A stretch of 64,000 nt of DNA from a virus: the IMG/VR virus record IMGVR_UViG_3300045988_103765; one strand, 5' to 3'. The translations under genes and the position numbers were made by a program. The notes under the pieces are model-generated. The model saw nothing but the letters and a program-made list of their open reading frames with translations. It did not search any database and was not told the DNA's origin. Shown here piece after piece: positions 63,060 to 64,000 of the stretch (within the stretch, counting starts at the first letter, position 1; each line of letters starts with the position of its first letter).

Positions 63060-63400
63060 CAGAAAAAAAAGCTATAAAAATCCTCTATGAGCACAACATA
63101 TGGCGAAAAGGAGGAGAAGGCGAAATGATTACGCCTGCATTATTAAGTGAAGCCATTGATACCATTGTGGACCTATTCAATGAGCGTAATGCGATGAAGT
63201 ATTACTATGTAATTTTTGCTCATCAAAAGAAAGAAAATGAAAAATATAATATTGCTACAGTGAATATGAAATCTAATCAAGATTTTAACCCATATAAAGC
63301 TGCTGATGTCATTAAGGAACAATTAAAAGCAAATGATGTAATCATTCGTTCTTGGCAAGAAATATCAGAAACAGCTTATAACAGTTATGAAAATGAATGA
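63056..63400 (+). CDS. Hypothetical protein (114 aa)
   Basis: Packed ORF. Its start overlaps the previous stop. Confidence 0.5.
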   Translation: MTEKKAIKILYEHNIWRKGGEGEMITPALLSEAIDTIVDLFNERNAMKYYYVIFAHQKKENEKYNIATVNMKSNQDFNPYKAADVIKEQLKANDVIIRSWQEISETAYNSYENE

Positions 63401-64000
63401 GATAACTATTAGACAATGGTATGATACCTTCAAATCGGGTGAAGAGTTGGTTGAAGTTCGTATAGTAGACAATGCTTATAAAAGAACCTATTCCGGCTAC
63501 TTTACTGATGTTGATACCCTGCTCAACGAAATTAGGAAGTACGATAACTGTAACATCTACTTCACATTGAACGCTATCAATCCAGCATGTTATGACAGAG
63601 AGCAGCATGATAGGATTGTCACTAAACCTAAGTCAACTACTTCTGACAATGATATTGTTGGAAGAGATTGGATATTGATAGACATAGATACTAAGAAGCC
63701 ATCAGACACAAACTCAACTGATGAAGAGAAGGAGATGGCGAAAGAAGTAGTCAACAATGTATTTAAGTTCCTACGGGATGAAGGCTTTGAAAAACCAGTA
63801 GTATGCGATAGTGGTAATGGTTTCCATCTACTGTACAAAATAGCCATGAAGAATAGCAATGAGAATACTACAATCTGCAAAGAGTTCCTGCAAGTTCTTG
63901 ATATGCTATTCTCTAATCCGAATGTGAAGATTGATTGTAGTACGTTCAATTCAAGCCGCATTTGTAAACTTTACGGAACATTTAGTAGAAAGGGAAGTAA
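63393..64000 (+). CDS. DNA primase-polymerase (archaeo-eukaryotic primase fold), 3'-partial at the window end
   Basis: The frame is open from ATG 63393 to the window edge, so it is not in the track. It carries LIDIDTKKP (DxD metal site) and CDSGNGFHLLY (sGxGxH motif), typical of phage prim-pol N-terminal domains. Confidence 0.65.
   Translation, partial: MNEITIRQWYDTFKSGEELVEVRIVDNAYKRTYSGYFTDVDTLLNEIRKYDNCNIYFTLNAINPACYDREQHDRIVTKPKSTTSDNDIVGRDWILIDIDTKKPSDTNSTDEEKEMAKEVVNNVFKFLRDEGFEKPVVCDSGNGFHLLYKIAMKNSNENTTICKEFLQVLDMLFSNPNVKIDCSTFNSSRICKLYGTFSRKGS

Overview
The window looks like most of a tailed dsDNA phage or prophage of a Bacteroidota-type host. The host call rests on several intergenic regions carrying the Bacteroides sigma-A -7 motif TAnnTTTG, usually with an upstream TTTG, and on Shine-Dalgarno sequences being mostly absent. 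Gene order runs as follows. (i) 0.2-5.7 kb holds three paralogous receptor-binding-like genes with a conserved N-terminus and divergent C-termini. (ii) 5.9-19.2 kb (minus strand) holds tail and head genes: a 1723-aa tape measure, chaperones, major tail protein, neck proteins, major capsid and scaffold. (iii) 19.4-32.5 kb (plus strand) holds the large terminase, a tnpB-only IS200/IS605-type insertion, the portal, a lysis cassette (holin-like, M15 endolysin, spanin-like lipoprotein) and a 2451-aa tail fibre. (iv) 33.6-47.6 kb (mostly minus strand) holds recombination and replication genes (RuvC-like resolvase, RecT, YqaJ-like exonuclease, SSB) plus many small unknowns. (v) 47.6-49.2 kb is a 1.64-kb non-coding strand-switch region of extreme composition. 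(vi) 49.2-64.0 kb (plus strand) is an early region of small genes including an HNH endonuclease, a small serine recombinase, a DUF559 nuclease, a HAD phosphatase-like protein and a partial AEP primase. The main hunting result is a predicted multi-layer host-range variation apparatus. A Mu G-segment-like invertible cassette would swap the fibre C-terminus in frame: 19-nt inverted cores, plus a start-less convergent alternative C-terminal exon with its own S74 chaperone. A 136-bp promoter-like segment flanked by perfect 26-nt inverted repeats lies between two divergent receptor-binding paralogs. A G10 tract gates an upstream ORF that is coupled to the third paralog. All functional calls rest on motifs read by eye; no database search was possible.
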